A model generated the notes under the pieces. That model did not search any database. It was not told where the DNA came from and was given only the letters and a program-made list of their open reading frames with translations. From Squalus acanthias (taxonomy: Eukaryota), in contig CM059437.1 in NCBI GenBank assembly GCA_030390025.1, positions 53,196,001-53,260,000 on the forward strand: a DNA stretch of 64,000 nt. The letters run 5' to 3'. Position 1 is the first letter of the stretch; every line of letters starts with the position of its first letter. Positions 61,031 to 64,000 of the stretch are shown in pieces. The translations under genes and the position numbers were made by a program.

Positions 61031-63014
61031 TCTTTTTTGGTGCAACATGGATGACCACACATTGGTCATACAGTGTAAAATGGACTGCTGATTCACTATC
61101 GCCCATTTTCTGCTTTTGTCGAAGACCTGTTAGAACCCCTTGAGGTCTATACCCCCACCCCACCCTAGAAGGAACTCAGAGCGGTTTTGTCCATTTCAGG
61201 CTTGCTGGAGCCCTTGCATGCATCCTGGAGGCAGGTGAGGCTCTGGAAAGCTGGTCATCAAATTCATTTTAGGGATTTCACTGTTCAAGAAGCTCAGGAT
61301 AGTACAAACCAAGGGGGATCAGAGGAGGGGCAGCTGGCTAGCCATGCCCAAGACTCAGGGAAAGGCAGATAAAAAGTTGACGCCTCACTTCGCCGACTGA
61401 TTTTTTATAGAGTCCTGGGAAAGTGTGTTCATTCATACAGTGGGATTTTTCAGAAGCAGGTCTGCACCACATCCCATGCGGGACGAAATACACTTATAGG
61501 AACATACAAAAGTGTCGAACAGTAAAAGATTAACCTGCCCATTCATCCTGTTCCATACAGTCATGATGCCTTACGTATCACGATACAGACACCCCTATCC
61601 ACCCAGAGCCATCTAATCTCACGGGCCAAGCGAAAAAAAAGATAAAAAGACAGACCAATTATGGAAAAAGTGAACAATTCCTCTCTGACCCCTTTAGGTG
61701 ATCGAAACTAGTCCAGGAGACCATAGTGACTATGACTTATATTACAGGGCACCTCCCTCTGGTACGAAGTGGCCTATTCCCCAGCCAGAAACAGAACCAA
61801 ATCTCTCTTGAAGGTATACAGTGAATGAGTGTTCACCTCACAAGCCAGCAACCTATTCCTCGGGTCTACTATTCCTGGGGAAAAGTAGCACTTACGTACC
61901 TTACATGATCACGAAGGAGATTGGTGGATTATTTGTCTGGGAACAGAGTGAGTTGTTCATTGAGAATGATGCTGGCTCGATTGAGAAATGAATATGTCCA
62001 TGATAGACTTCAAAGTCACAGACAGATTTGAGTTGCAGAGTATTCTTTGCTTTGGAAAGTGGATGGCCAGGTGTGTGGTAAGGACAGATAATGCAGAATA
62101 GTAAGTAGTCCACTGGAGTTACAGCAGAACATACAAAATAAATGTTAGAAGGTGTAAGAAAGGGGGTAATCTTTATTTCTTAGTCTCCATACTAACTAAC
62201 TGGACTAAATGAAATAAGTATTATTAGTTATAATCTTAAGTTTGTATTGTTTTTATTATGTAACTGATATGCAATGCACAATGATGCTTGAATAATCATG
62301 CTTTCAAAACTCGTGTAATATGCCCTGGGTAGAAGCAGTTAGATTTTAAAATAGTGTTGGGCCTCTTGACTAACATTCTTGACCAACATTTTAAAAGTGC
62401 TTCTCAGCAAACTTATTGTTTAAAAAACAGACAGTTTGTCTGTGGGAACAGGACTAACAAGGTCATATGTGGCTGCCACTGTGTGGAATGTTATGATATC
62501 TTCAGTGAATTAAAAACATAGGCCAACAGCAAGGAAGCCATATCTCTACACATGGAGACATGTTCCGGTTGTGTTGCCATAACTACCCCAGATAGGGTGT
62601 CATGAGATGAGGACCTGACGGGGCAGGTGGGATCATTAGGTACGTGGCATCCCTGTAATTGGACGGGGGGTTCAGGTGCAAGTCAATCATTAGGTTAACT
62701 GGTTCCCATAGGCTTTGCTGGGAAGAAGAATAAGAAGGGGTCTCTCAAACACTTACGTTGTAAAGGAAATCGGCAAGAGGCTTGGGAACATCCACCAGAC
62801 GAGCAGAGGAGGGTTTCGGGTTGGCGGAGGACCCATATGTGTCACACCGGGCGGTCGAGCAAGCCCAGAGGTCAGGTCCGACGGGGGTTGACCCGTGGAG
62901 ATCGTGTATCTCCCCAGGGCCCAACGGGTAATATAAACCTAGATTGTGTGTTGTTTAACTACTGCTCAGTTGCTGTAATGTATCAAGTCTGACTTTCACT
63001 GAATAAAATTTAAT

Positions 63015-63776
63015 GGGCCAGAAATTCGGCTCTCCGGCTTCCCGCGGGTGCAAGGATCGCACGCGTACTTACCTACCGTGCCTGCCGTTGTGCTTCGGAC
63101 CTGCGTGGACTTCAAGTCCTGGGCCTCCTGCAGCTGCCGGCGTGCAGTGCTTGCGTATCCCAGTGGTGCAGTTAGTTCGAAGCATTCCCTGGGATCACGT
63201 GGGCCATGGAGAGCCAATCGGAGCAGGGAATCTCCATTCATAGATTTTGACAGGAAGACCTGCCAAATCTATGAATCGAGATCACCCCCCAAAACCTAAC
63301 TAAAACTTCAAATAATTTTTTTAAAAATTACATTTTTAAAATAACTATAAATTACATAAATTAACTACTTTAAACAAAAATTTAAATTTTTGAAAAAATT
63401 AATTACACTTTTTAACGGTGCTAAAAATAAACTTACCTTTCTTTAAAATATGTAACAAAGATAAACCTGTTGAAAAAATGTTTAAATTATACTTAATTCA
63501 CCACTTACCTTGTTAAAAGCAGGCCTTGTGCCTCCTTTTTTCCTGCGCAGCTTCTCGGTACGTACCCCCACCGAGAGTCCTGAAAAAAAAACCGAAGTTC
63601 GCTGTGTGCGCTGCCTCTCAGGCGCACGCAGTTGACCCTGGAACCCCTTCTTTCACGAGACCGGAAGTTCCGGTTTCCCGTGCATGCGCAGTGCATGCGC
63701 GAAACCGGCACTTCCGGTGGCCGTACGGGTGAGTACATAGCGCGTACTCACCCGTGGAGACCGGAATTTCTGCCCC
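63015..63776. mobile_element. Harbinger-type MITE, same family as 32215-32945
   Basis: AAT|GGGCCAGAAATTC ... GAATTTCTGCCCC|ATT; subterminal hairpin ACGGGTGAGTAC-N7-GTACTCACCCGT. Confidence 0.88.
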
Positions 63777-64000
63777 ATTTACTCTCAGCAATTTTGGTCA
63801 AGTCAAATCTTTCAGAACTTAGGAGTGAAAGGGTTAATTTGCATGGACCCAGAAACTCAACAAATTGGCAGGATGACTTGACAGATAGTAATTAATAAAC
63901 ATTTTGTTCAGTGGAACTGGGGTCCTGAGATCTGTGGCCCGGCCAGGCTATTGATCCAGGAAGGAAAACCTCTGGGGGTTGTAGGACTAATCTCCTACCA

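Noticed and set aside
61100-63010. Possible endogenous retrovirus interior
   Set aside because: No gag, pol or env motifs that I can recognise; left unannotated.

Overview
Vertebrate, almost certainly cartilaginous-fish (shark-type) genomic DNA; the species cannot be named from the sequence. The window holds two complete immunoglobulin light-chain gene clusters on the minus strand (octamer promoter, leader exon, germline-joined VJ exon with no RSS, one C exon, polyA signal) at about 8.3-12.3 kb and 47.8-51.7 kb. They lie in a direct segmental duplication with a period of about 39.5 kb (1-15049 vs 39529-54383). Both genes look intact and lambda-like, with identical FR2/FR3 but divergent CDR1/CDR2 and unrelated CDR3 junctions. 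The rest is densely nested repeats: CR1 and L2 LINEs, DeuSINE-type SINEs, an APE-RT LINE family with a tRNA-like 5' head, a decayed PIF/Harbinger-type transposon (transposase plus 3-exon Myb/SANT gene) whose left end is supplied by a MITE, several related MITEs with A-W-T flanks, a hAT MITE and a Penelope-like hairpin. Most short ORFs in the track are repeat fragments. All alignments and counts were done by eye; repeat boundaries without TSD/TIR support are approximate.
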